Assembly: GCA_963752255.1 (NCBI GenBank)
Contig: CAVVXT010000007.1
Span: forward strand, 47,930 to 111,929
From: Nitrososphaeria archaeon
Lineage (GTDB): Archaea > Thermoproteota > Nitrososphaeria > JACIWG01
DNA: 64,000 nt
Direction of reading: 5' to 3'
The position numbers and the translations under genes are program-made. Positions 9,037 through 17,900 of the stretch are shown in pieces. Numbering within the stretch: the first letter of the stretch is position 1; every line of letters starts with the position of its first letter. Below the pieces are notes generated by a model, which did not search any database, had not been told where the DNA came from, and saw only the letters and a list, made by a program, of their open reading frames with translations.

Positions 9037-9383
9037 TCATCATTCGTCCTACGGGAGTGAATTTAACAATTGTGCACAGGCAGCCTCCGTTTACTATCCT
9101 TCTTCGCAATCCCTATTTTATTTTATAAGTGCTTGAATTCAAAGTCTATTACTTTCTTAACATAATTTCACTATTTATCTAACTATGACAAATGACAAAC
9201 CTCCTGCCTTCCAAAACCATATTAAATAAAAAATATGGCCCTCAATCTCAGAAAATCTATACCAATTTCCGCATATAGCGCTAAATATTTCACGTTTGAA
9301 TACTAATTAATGAAGTGTTAGATGAATGAATATTCGTTATAGAAAGATTTAATATCTCTCCTATTATTTTTTATGGAGACTAT

Positions 9384-10397
9384 TTGAAGGCCATAATGAT
9401 TGCTAAACCACATAAGATCGAAGTCGTTGACGTCGAAAGACCGATAATAAACGATACAGAGATATTGGTTAAGGTTAGGGCTGTAGGAATATGTGCTTCA
9501 GAAGTTCACGCATTCGAAGGAACACATCCCTGGAGAGTTCCTCCGGTAATTTCAGGCCATGAATTTTCAGGCTCAATAGTTGAAGTCGGAAAGGAGGTTA
9601 AAGGATTCAGTGCAGGGGATAGCGTTACAGCCTGCCCAATAGCAACATGCGACATATGTGAATACTGTCTAGCGGGAAGGGACAACATCTGCGATAATAT
9701 CAGAATCCTTGGGACGCCAAAGTGGCCCGGTCCATTTGCTGAATATGTAAGAATACCTTATTCGATCGCCTACAGGTTACCCTCTAGCCTGACCTTTGAG
9801 GAGGGAGCTCTCATAGAGCCTCTTACAGTAGGATTACATACTGTGAACAGATCTTCGATAAAGAATGGACAATTTGTAGCCGTCTTAGGAGCTGGGGCAA
9901 TAGGCCTCTGTACGTTAATTATAGCTAAACATTTGGAAATAGCGTCAATAATATCGGATATAGTTGATTTCAAACTAGATAAAGCAAAGAGTCTTGGAGC
10001 GGATTTTATTATTAACCCCAAAAGCGAGGAACTTTACAAAATCGTTAGAGATGCAACAAAGGGCAAAGGAGTTGATGTAGCGATAGACTGCGCCGGTGTA
10101 TCTAAGAGTCTCACAGATTCATTGAGCCTTGTGAAGAAGGGTGGAACAGTCGTTGTGACCGCACTGTTTAAGAAGAGCGTGGAAATGGACCCGGGAACAA
10201 TTACCACAAGGGAACTTGATGTTCGGGGAGCAATTTTATATACAAAGGCGGAGTTCAAGAAGGCTGTATCAGTAAGCGAGGGAGTTAGAACCGATCTAAG
10301 GCAGCTGATAACACATAGAATGCATTTTGAAGACGCAGAAGAAGCTTTTGGACTGATGCAAAGAGGGGAAGCAATCAGGATAATGTTGAGCCCATAG
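9384..10397 (+). CDS. Zn-dependent alcohol/sugar dehydrogenase (MDR family)
   Basis: GICASE, GHE, structural Zn CxxCxxC...C, GAGAIG. Confidence 0.92.
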   Translation: MKAIMIAKPHKIEVVDVERPIINDTEILVKVRAVGICASEVHAFEGTHPWRVPPVISGHEFSGSIVEVGKEVKGFSAGDSVTACPIATCDICEYCLAGRDNICDNIRILGTPKWPGPFAEYVRIPYSIAYRLPSSLTFEEGALIEPLTVGLHTVNRSSIKNGQFVAVLGAGAIGLCTLIIAKHLEIASIISDIVDFKLDKAKSLGADFIINPKSEELYKIVRDATKGKGVDVAIDCAGVSKSLTDSLSLVKKGGTVVVTALFKKSVEMDPGTITTRELDVRGAILYTKAEFKKAVSVSEGVRTDLRQLITHRMHFEDAEEAFGLMQRGEAIRIMLSP

Positions 10398-10766
10398 CGT
10401 GAAAAGATCTTGAACATTCCTTCTAAAACAGTGCTTAATCTCCTTTATTTCGACTCCATCTTAGAAATCATCTTATACATTATTAGCTAATGCTTCTGGT
10501 TAAACTTGATGTTGGAGTTTATCTACCATTATTCCAGAATATACATATTATCGCCTAGACTTTCTCTCATTTTAGATTTTGTAAAATATTCCAGGTGCTA
10601 AAGAAAAATGTACAAGCTAAACTGTGTTTTTAGTAACCTTTGTCCACTTGATCTTTTATTAAAACCTCAAGCTCAGCGAAAAGGCTGAATGCGTGGGTAT
10701 GGAATCGATAAAATTTAAATCAGTGTTTGCTACAGTCTAGTCGGATATTATCTGAGAGGCGCAATA

Positions 10767-11015
10767 GTGTTTCTTGTAGTCTTCTTCATTCTAGTCTTCG
10801 CTACTCTCGGATACGTTGAACTACCACCTGGAAGAATGATATACAACCTACTTAACGTCCCCGAAACAGACTATTCTGTACTCGGAATTGAAGCGACAAC
10901 TCTAGCTATTTCAGTGTTCAATGGGGTAGTTTATGGACTCATAGCCTGGTTAATCTATACTCTGGTAGCAGGAAGGGAGAAGAAGGACCAGACCACCAAG
11001 AAAAAGTCGAATTAG
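10767..11015 (+). CDS. Small membrane protein
   Basis: Two hydrophobic segments, NGVVYGLIAWLIY, basic tail, followed by a T-tract. Confidence 0.65.
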   Translation: MFLVVFFILVFATLGYVELPPGRMIYNLLNVPETDYSVLGIEATTLAISVFNGVVYGLIAWLIYTLVAGREKKDQTTKKKSN

Positions 11016-11407
11016 CCTTTTTTTACTATCATTATTTCTTCCAAATAGTAGGTTCACCATCACTGATTGTCTATAAGATTATATTCAAACTCTCTTAATG
11101 AATTTGCATAATCTTTATTTTGCAAAGTAAACACTCTTCATAACTCGAACATCATACTGAATGGCTCAGGTCTTCTTTATTCGAAATTCGATTACAACTA
11201 CTCGGGAACTATGGTTCACAGTTCCTCCCAAGACTCGTTTAGCACGATGTCTCTAGTGACTATTCTCCTCTGTTGTTTCTTATCCAAAAAAGGTCAGAGG
11301 AACCTATTCTCTAATCCAGACTCACTAGCCTAAGCAGAAGTAAAGAGGGTGCTTTAAGGAAGATAAGGAAACAAATTCAACCAACAGACATTTCCACACA
11401 TAATAAG

Positions 11408-11476
11408 GTGCGGGGGTGGGATTCCCTGACGCATATGTGGGTTCGAATTCCGCGAAGCCAGCCAAGTCGGGCGTAG
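11408..11476. repeat. Degenerate tRNA-Leu-like remnant (att-like partial duplicate of the tRNA 3' end)
   Basis: gtgcgggggtgggattc at 11408-11424 matches 11921-11938 except one fewer G; followed by T-arm-like gtgggttcgaattccgc and gccaag...ggcgtag pieces. Confidence 0.5.
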
Positions 11477-11522
11477 AAAAACTAATTACATGCTTCGGCA
11501 GTTTCAGATTTTATGAGCGGAA

Positions 11523-11789
11523 TCAAGCACCCCCAGATGTGCCCGCGACCGCCACCTTACTTCGTTGAAGAGCAACCCGCCTTACGAGGTACAATACTGC
11601 ACCTGAGAAAATTGCTATAAATGCACCCTGGCTAAATTGTAGAGTATGCTTTCTTGGTCGTACAGATTCGAAAGGAGTCCAAACGCTATGAACAGGGCGG
11701 CCATCCACACAACAATTGCGACGTTCGGGTAGTCGGACCTGCTTCTGCGCCGTACCCCAACAGACGTAGCCTTGAAAGCATACTGGCAT
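11523..11789 (-). pseudogene. Frameshifted membrane-protein remnant
   Basis: Hydrophobic DYPNVAIVVWMAALFIAFGLLSNLY in one frame continues as QGAFIAIFSGAVLYLVRR in another. Confidence 0.4.
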
Positions 11790-11921
11790 CTCTTAAGGCT
11801 TCGTATAGATTATGCCAGATTTATTAATATTTATTGGCTATATTACATATTTAGACATCAATTATTAGCATAAATTTTAAGGTTCTTCAGGACATCCCAT
11901 AATAATTCACTGGTAGATTAG

Positions 11922-12006
11922 TGCGGGGGGTGGGATTCGAACCCACGAACCCCTACAGGATAGACGCCTCAGGCCTACGCCTTTGACCTGGCTTGGCAAC
12001 CCCCGC
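11922..12006 (-). tRNA. tRNA-Leu(GAG)
   Basis: GCGGGGG...CCCCCGC-A acceptor; anticodon loop CT-GAG-GC; long variable arm; TTCGAAT. Confidence 0.95.
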
Positions 12007-12039
12007 TTGTGGCTTATGGTTGCGTTTGGTTGCTCTTAA

Positions 12040-12425
12040 TTTTTTTGCGTTTGGGTAGTCTTCCTTGAAAATAACAGAAGTATTTGGATTAGCCAACCTT
12101 GAAGCCACCGACCCAACGTAATTTACTGCTTCCTTAGTTACCTTTTTCGTCTCAACCGCGTCTGCGGGGGAGATGATGACTAAATTAGGTATAACCCTTA
12201 GGACGACAATATCTTCGATTATCTGATGCGACCCTCCCATAAAGGTCCAAAGCGTACTTGAATTGTAGAGGACAATCTTTACATTAGATTTATCAAAAAC
12301 TAAATTTTTCCTTATCTGGTTATATGCTTACCTAAAGCAAATATGCGATGACAATGTGTTAAGGGAATCTTTCCACCAGCGGCAAGGCCTGCAGCTACCG
12401 TTATCATATTTGCTTCCGCAATTTC
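12040..12425 (-). pseudogene. Transketolase pyrimidine-binding subunit fragment
   Basis: IAEANMITVAAGLAAGGKIP, frameshift, then YNQIR...NVKIV...GGSHQIIEDIVVLRVIPNLVIISPADAVE; truncated at both ends. Confidence 0.8.
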
Positions 12426-12426
12426 A

Positions 12427-12516
12427 AAGCACATAAGAAGATTACCCATAATAAAGAACGATACGTTATTAGGCATTATCACGGCACGTGGCCTTGTTGA
12501 AGCGTACGCAAAGTGA
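12427..12516 (+). pseudogene. C-terminal CBS-domain fragment
   Basis: KHIRRLPIIKNDTLLGIITARGLVEAYAK* with no start codon; abuts the tkt fragment back-to-back. Confidence 0.7.
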
Positions 12517-12557
12517 ATTCAAAATTCCTTCCTCTTTCTTAGATTCAAGATAGGAAC

Positions 12558-12632
12558 TGGAGCCCCGAGCGGGGATTGAACCCGCGGCCTATTGCTTACG
12601 AGGCAATCGCTCCACCGCTGAGCTACCGGGGC
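12558..12632 (-). tRNA. tRNA-Thr(CGT), CCA apparently encoded
   Basis: GCCCCGG...TCGGGGC-T-CCA; anticodon arm ATTGC-CT-CGT-AA-GCAAT. Confidence 0.95.
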
Positions 12633-12783
12633 ACGTTTTTGCTCTAAAAGCTCAAATTATTTAAGCTTAGTGCATGAAAAACAGGTAGAACGTTACTCAC
12701 CCTAGAAAATTTTTATTTACAACGGAACTGCTAGCGTAAGACAGTTGAGTGTTCATTGGTGAAAAAAAGAGTAATACAAAAGA

Positions 12784-13764
12784 GTGAAGCGGTGGATCTT
12801 AATGCTTGACGAGTGGAAAATCATAGAAATTATTATAAATACTGTAGGTCAACCTAAGAAACTTTTTTCTGAAATTGGAGACGATGTCGCCTGGACCAAA
12901 AGAGCTATGAAGAAAGAGAAGTTTGTAATTAAATGCGATATGCTCGTTGGGAAAACGGATATGCCGAAAGGTATGACACTTAGACAGGCGGCGAGAAAAA
13001 GTGTTGTAGCATGCATCAGTGACTTCGTTTGCAAAGGTGTTAAACCCTGGGGTGCACTTATTTCACTGGGTATTCCAAGGGGGTTTACAGATGAAAACGT
13101 ACTCGAGCTAGCTAATGGACTGAAGGACGCGAAGATCGAATATGGAATAGAAATTGTTGGAGGGGACACTAATGAGACGTCAGACTTGGTCATCGACTGT
13201 GTGATGTTCGGGTGGGCCCGACGAATCGTTAGTAGAGAGGGTGCCTATAGCGATGAAGCGGTCTTAGCAACGGGAGACTTCGGTCTGCCGCCTCTGGGGC
13301 TTGATATAATAAATGGAGTTAAGCAGATAAAGAGCCCGCGTCTAACTGAAAAAGCAATAAAGTCGGTGCTGTATCCTAATGTAAGAGTAGATTTTGGCCT
13401 AAACGCCAGCAGTAAAAAACTGATGACCTCCTCTATAGATTCTAGTGATGGCCTATCTATATCAATTTACGAAATAGCGCAGCGGAGCCATGTTGACATC
13501 TTCCTTGACGAGTTGCCAATCAATGACACTTTGAAGAATAATAACGAAGTCTCAGATAAGGAAAAGAGAGATTACACATTATTTGGGGGGGAAGAATACG
13601 AGATAGTGTTTACATGCAAACTCAAGGACTATCCTAAGGTAACAAAAATAGCTGAAGAGACAGCAACACCTATCAAAAAGATAGGTCGAACAGTAGAGGG
13701 GAACGGAAAAGTGTATTTTAACGACGAAATGCTCGCGAAGAAGGGCTGGGTTCACTTCAAATAA
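12784..13764 (+). CDS. thiL: Thiamine-monophosphate kinase
   Basis: IGDDVA, ISD, VGGDT, DSSDGL, GGEEYE, C-terminal GWVHF; the true start may be the ATG at 12802. Confidence 0.9.
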   Translation: MKRWILMLDEWKIIEIIINTVGQPKKLFSEIGDDVAWTKRAMKKEKFVIKCDMLVGKTDMPKGMTLRQAARKSVVACISDFVCKGVKPWGALISLGIPRGFTDENVLELANGLKDAKIEYGIEIVGGDTNETSDLVIDCVMFGWARRIVSREGAYSDEAVLATGDFGLPPLGLDIINGVKQIKSPRLTEKAIKSVLYPNVRVDFGLNASSKKLMTSSIDSSDGLSISIYEIAQRSHVDIFLDELPINDTLKNNNEVSDKEKRDYTLFGGEEYEIVFTCKLKDYPKVTKIAEETATPIKKIGRTVEGNGKVYFNDEMLAKKGWVHFK

Positions 13765-13831
13765 TTTCAAATGAGACAACGAAAAGGGAAAGGTTTTTAT
13801 CTCATCCTTTGAAAGCGTATAACGAGACGAT

Positions 13832-14014
13832 ATGTCTAAGAATTTCACAACAGGACAGACTTGGGGCGCCCTAAAGAAGGCGTGGAAAGGTTACAAGATT
13901 GCTAAAGTTCAGAGTGACAAAGCTAGAATGATGGAATACGCTAAAAGGATAAGGACTTTACAGGAAGAACTAAAGGTAGAGAAAGCGAAGTTCCCAGACT
14001 TAAACCTGTACTAA
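13832..14014 (+). CDS. Small basic hypothetical protein
   Basis: 60-aa ATG ORF with upstream TTTTAT box; helical, W..L.KAW.GY motif. Confidence 0.7.
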   Translation: MSKNFTTGQTWGALKKAWKGYKIAKVQSDKARMMEYAKRIRTLQEELKVEKAKFPDLNLY

Positions 14015-14158
14015 GCTAAGCAAAGGGTGCCACCTCACTTTTTCTTTTTGTCCCAGTAAGATAACTAATGTTATATTCTATAAAATGTATTATCGTGGAA
14101 AAATATTTTTTTATTGTGAAAAAACTTAATTTAAAGGTTGTCAAGGAACCTTTATGAT

Positions 14159-14233
14159 GGGCTCGTGGCTCAGTTTGGATAGAGTACAGGCCCTCTAAGC
14201 CTGGGGTCGTGGGTTCAAATCCCACCGGGCCCG
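14159..14233 (+). tRNA. tRNA-Arg(TCT)
   Basis: GGGCTCG...CGGGCCC-G; anticodon arm CAGGC-CC-TCT-AA-GCCTG; TTCAAAT; TTTAAA box about 25 nt upstream. Confidence 0.9.
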
Positions 14234-14296
14234 CTTTACCATTTTGGGATAGATTGCTATTTGGAATGATATGCATGAGAAAGGATTGAAGATTAT

Positions 14297-14491
14297 TTAA
14301 AAGATGTCACCAATAGTTTTTGCTTTCTTAATCAGATCTATTTTTGTGTATTTTGGTGCCCTTGAAGCTTTATTCTTGTCCTCTTTTACAAGTTTTATAG
14401 GGCCAACTTGTTCCTTCTTTCCAACAAACACTTCATATTGCAGTTTTTCATATCCAGGTCTGAATTGGGGACATGAATTAAACGTATCCAA
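14297..14491 (-). CDS. Hypothetical protein or gene fragment
   Basis: 64-aa TTG-start ORF with no recognisable motif. Confidence 0.3.
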   Translation of the reverse strand: MDTFNSCPQFRPGYEKLQYEVFVGKKEQVGPIKLVKEDKNKASRAPKYTKIDLIKKAKTIGDIF

Positions 14492-14529
14492 GAAGGCTCA
14501 AAAATATCTGCGTAGTCTATTTTAGGAGA

Positions 14530-14760
14530 TTACTTGGAGATAAAGTCGTCTAGATCGTTTGTTAGACTCCCAGTTTCCAAAATAAATTCCCTAACAATTT
14601 TGTCTATCTTCAACAGTTCTTCCATAATCTCGACCTTTATCAGCTGCCTAATCTTACCGATACCAGAATACTTGGATTCGAGCTCCATTACTAGTTTCTC
14701 GGATTTGGCCTGAGCCTGCTTTGCAAGCGCAACTATGTTCCATGTGACTCTTGGTTGCAT
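14530..14760 (-). CDS. Hypothetical protein
   Basis: 76-aa helical ATG ORF with upstream TATA-like box. Confidence 0.55.
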   Translation of the reverse strand: MQPRVTWNIVALAKQAQAKSEKLVMELESKYSGIGKIRQLIKVEIMEELLKIDKIVREFILETGSLTNDLDDFISK

Positions 14761-14859
14761 CGTTAAAGATCCTTCGGAAGATGCAAGTTTAAGAATTGGT
14801 CTGGCTCATAAGAAAAGTTAATATCAGGTCGACATGTTCAAAGAATTAGCGGATAAGGT

Positions 14860-16005
14860 ATGACTGTTAAGAATATTGGAGTAGGAATGTTAGGTTATGC
14901 GTTTATGGGGAAAGCGCACTCTTATGCCTTCAAGAATATGCCTCTTTTCTTTCATCCTGCCCCCGCAATACCAGAGCTGGTTTCGATCTTTGGTAGAACA
15001 GATTCTAAAGTCGCGGAAGCCGCGCAAAACTTTGGGTTCAAAAAATATACAACCGATTGGCACGAGGTAATAGGGGATAAAGAAGTTGAAATTATCGATA
15101 ACTGTCTTCCCAATGACATGCATCACGATGCATCCATAGAAGCTATTGAAGCAGGTAAACATGTGATATGCGAGAAACCTCTTGCAATGAACAGTAGGCA
15201 GGCAAAGGAAATGTGGGATGTCGCAAGAAAGAGCTCTGTAAAGTCTATGGTCGCTTTCAATTATAGATTCGTTCCAGCCGTTGGTCTAGCAAGGGAAATA
15301 GTAAGGTCAGAAAGACTGGGTAGGATCTACCATTTCAGGGCAAGATACCTTCAACAATGGCTTAGAAATCCTAACACTCCTCTAGTTTGGAGACTCGATA
15401 AAGAAAAGGCGGGAAGCGGACCTATAGGAGATCTCGGTAGCCACGTTTTTGACACCATTCGATTTGTAATGGGAGAAGTAAAAGCGGTTACAGCTATATC
15501 AAAGACGTTCGTCAAGGAAAGACCTTTGCCAACCGATAAAATGAAAAAGGGAAAGGTTTCTGTAGAAGATGCATTTGAGTCCATCGTTGAATTCGAGAAT
15601 GGCGCAACAGGTACCGTTGAGGCATCGAGGATGGCAACAGGGAGAAAGAATTTTAACAACTTTGAGATCAATGGAGAAAAGGGTTCGATAGAATTCGATA
15701 TGGAAAGGCTCAACGAACTTCGTTTCTATTCAGAAGAAGGTGATGTAAGTACGATTGGCTGGAATAATATTCTTGTAACAGAAAGCGTTCACCCTTTCGT
15801 ATCCCATTATTGGCCTTCGGGGCACGTAATCGGATGGGGAGATACATTCGTGAATGAGATATATCATTTTATGGACGTTGTAGTCAACGATAAAAGAGTC
15901 GACCCTATTGGTGCGACGTTCGAGGATGGCTACAAGAATAATGTAATATTAGATGCTATCATACAATCTACGTTAACAGGTAAAAAAATACCTATAGTGT
16001 TCTAA
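14860..16005 (+). CDS. Gfo/Idh/MocA family oxidoreductase
   Basis: GYAFMGKAH, AGKHVICEKPLA, FNYRF, DLGSH. Confidence 0.93.
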   Translation: MTVKNIGVGMLGYAFMGKAHSYAFKNMPLFFHPAPAIPELVSIFGRTDSKVAEAAQNFGFKKYTTDWHEVIGDKEVEIIDNCLPNDMHHDASIEAIEAGKHVICEKPLAMNSRQAKEMWDVARKSSVKSMVAFNYRFVPAVGLAREIVRSERLGRIYHFRARYLQQWLRNPNTPLVWRLDKEKAGSGPIGDLGSHVFDTIRFVMGEVKAVTAISKTFVKERPLPTDKMKKGKVSVEDAFESIVEFENGATGTVEASRMATGRKNFNNFEINGEKGSIEFDMERLNELRFYSEEGDVSTIGWNNILVTESVHPFVSHYWPSGHVIGWGDTFVNEIYHFMDVVVNDKRVDPIGATFEDGYKNNVILDAIIQSTLTGKKIPIVF

Positions 16006-16123
16006 TGACGTAAACACTTTACAATAACGTATATTAAATCGCAAAAAAATATGTTTTATATATCAAATATATTTAACGATTAATTTAAAAAATACTTAAA
16101 TTAACGAGGGTCTGCTCAATACC

Positions 16124-17833
16124 TTGAAGGAGAAAGCCTTGGCGATAACACGAAAAATAGATTTATACAAGTTAGAGCTTGGAAAATTCCAGGAGAATGT
16201 AGATAGACGTCTAGAGCAATGGAATGCGATCAATTTTATGAGGAGGATTTGGGCAAGGGATCGCACACTGTGGTCCTCTGAACCGATACCTGAGGTCTCA
16301 GATCGCTTGGGTTGGCTTACTTTGCCCGAGATGATGCACGACCAGATAAAAGATTTTACTTCATTCGCCGAAGAAGTAAAATCAGAAGGAATACGACATG
16401 TAGTTCTGCTGGGAATGGGAGGATCGAGTCTAGCTCCTGAGGTCTACCAGAACGTCTTCGGAAACAAAGACGGCTTCCCAAAGTTGATGGTCTTGGATAG
16501 CACACACCCATCAGCCATAGAAGATGTTGAGAAAAGGATTGTCTTACAGAAAACCCTGTTTTTAGTTTCAAGCAAATCAGGAACTACAATGGAGACGCTC
16601 TCCCTCTTCTATTACTTCTGGAACAGAGTAAAAGGAGCAAACTCGAATGCGTGGCGACAATTTGTAGCAATCACGGATCAAGGCACTTTCTTGGATAAAA
16701 CGGCTAAGGAACGGGGTTTCCGCAAAATTTTTCACGCACCTCCTGATGTAGGGGGAAGGTACTCCGCTTTAACAGCCTTTGGCCTGTTGCCGGCAGCGCT
16801 TATCGGCGTCGACGTCCATAGCCTATTGGACGATGCTTGGACTATGTCAGAAAACTGCGCTTTCTGTGTGCCTGCCGATAAAGCATCCTGCTCCATATTG
16901 GGCGCGGCTCTTGGAGAGTTAGCAAAAGAAGGCCGAGATAAAGTAACTTTTATGACCTCGCCATCGATAAAGAGCTTCCCCGTATGGCTGGAGCAGCTTA
17001 TCGCTGAAAGCACGGGGAAGGATGGTAGAGGAATAATACCGATTGTCGATGAACCGTTAACTGACCTAAGAAACTACGGCGAAGATCGATTCTTTGTCTT
17101 CTTTCTAAACAAGAGCGACGGCCTTGAACCCCGAGAGCTGATGAGCAGGCTCGAAGCTTCTGGACACCCCATAATACGTATAGACTTGAACGGAAATGTC
17201 AACATATCGCAAGAAATCTTCTGCTGGGAGATGGCTGTCGCTTCGGCAGGGACAGTTTTAGGCGTTAATCCCTTTAATCAGCCCGACGTGCAGGGAGCAA
17301 AAGATCTTGCTAAAGAAATGATGGAGAAGGCGAAAAGAGGGGAACTAGGTGATACATATTCCTATGCTACATCGCTTCAGGACCCTGATTCCCTACTTAA
17401 AGCCTTAAAGGATCTGTTTAGTCAGGCCAATAAAGGCGATTACGTTGCTATACAGGCATTCCTGCCAAGCTCTGACGAAGCTTTAAAAGCTCTTCAAAGG
17501 CTGCGTTCAGAAATCCTGAATAGATTACATCTGGCAACAATGCTGGGCTACGGCCCCAGGTATTTACATTCAACCGGCCAGCTTCATAAGGGTGGACCTA
17601 AAAGCGGAATATTTCTACAGATCGTAAACGAATTCGATGGCGACTTAGAGGTTCCGGAAACGGAATACACTTTTGGCACACTAATCCAAGCTCAAGCATT
17701 AGGCGAATATCAGACGCTAAAGCGAATGGGACGAAGAATTTTGTGCGTCAACATAAAAAAAGGTACTTTAGAAGGGCTTTCCAAATTGACTGAAATGATA
17801 GGTGAAGTCGACGTGCAAATCAAAAATGGGTGA
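16124..17833 (+). CDS. pgi: Glucose-6-phosphate isomerase (bacterial Tal-Pgi C-terminal type)
   Basis: GMGGSSL, SKSGTT.E, VGGRYSAL, EQLIAESTGK, NPFNQPDV, HSTGQLHKGG. Confidence 0.9.
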   Translation: MKEKALAITRKIDLYKLELGKFQENVDRRLEQWNAINFMRRIWARDRTLWSSEPIPEVSDRLGWLTLPEMMHDQIKDFTSFAEEVKSEGIRHVVLLGMGGSSLAPEVYQNVFGNKDGFPKLMVLDSTHPSAIEDVEKRIVLQKTLFLVSSKSGTTMETLSLFYYFWNRVKGANSNAWRQFVAITDQGTFLDKTAKERGFRKIFHAPPDVGGRYSALTAFGLLPAALIGVDVHSLLDDAWTMSENCAFCVPADKASCSILGAALGELAKEGRDKVTFMTSPSIKSFPVWLEQLIAESTGKDGRGIIPIVDEPLTDLRNYGEDRFFVFFLNKSDGLEPRELMSRLEASGHPIIRIDLNGNVNISQEIFCWEMAVASAGTVLGVNPFNQPDVQGAKDLAKEMMEKAKRGELGDTYSYATSLQDPDSLLKALKDLFSQANKGDYVAIQAFLPSSDEALKALQRLRSEILNRLHLATMLGYGPRYLHSTGQLHKGGPKSGIFLQIVNEFDGDLEVPETEYTFGTLIQAQALGEYQTLKRMGRRILCVNIKKGTLEGLSKLTEMIGEVDVQIKNG

Positions 17834-17900
17834 TAAATGAATGGAATCAGGGGTTACTATTAGGACTTGACAGAGATTATACCTCAGCAGTTTGGTGGGC

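Noticed and set aside
11408-11480. Permuted or split tRNA gene (T-arm-like piece preceding a D-arm-like piece)
   Set aside because: No pairing acceptor stem, anticodon arm or BHB motif could be built; a decayed duplicate is the simpler reading
11953-12040. 3' part of the 95-aa ORF 11953-12240
   Set aside because: It runs into tRNA-Leu; only the upstream part is transketolase-like
14016-14276. 86-aa minus-strand ORF
   Set aside because: Antisense read-through of tRNA-Arg (GPVGFEPTT is the typical tRNA shadow)
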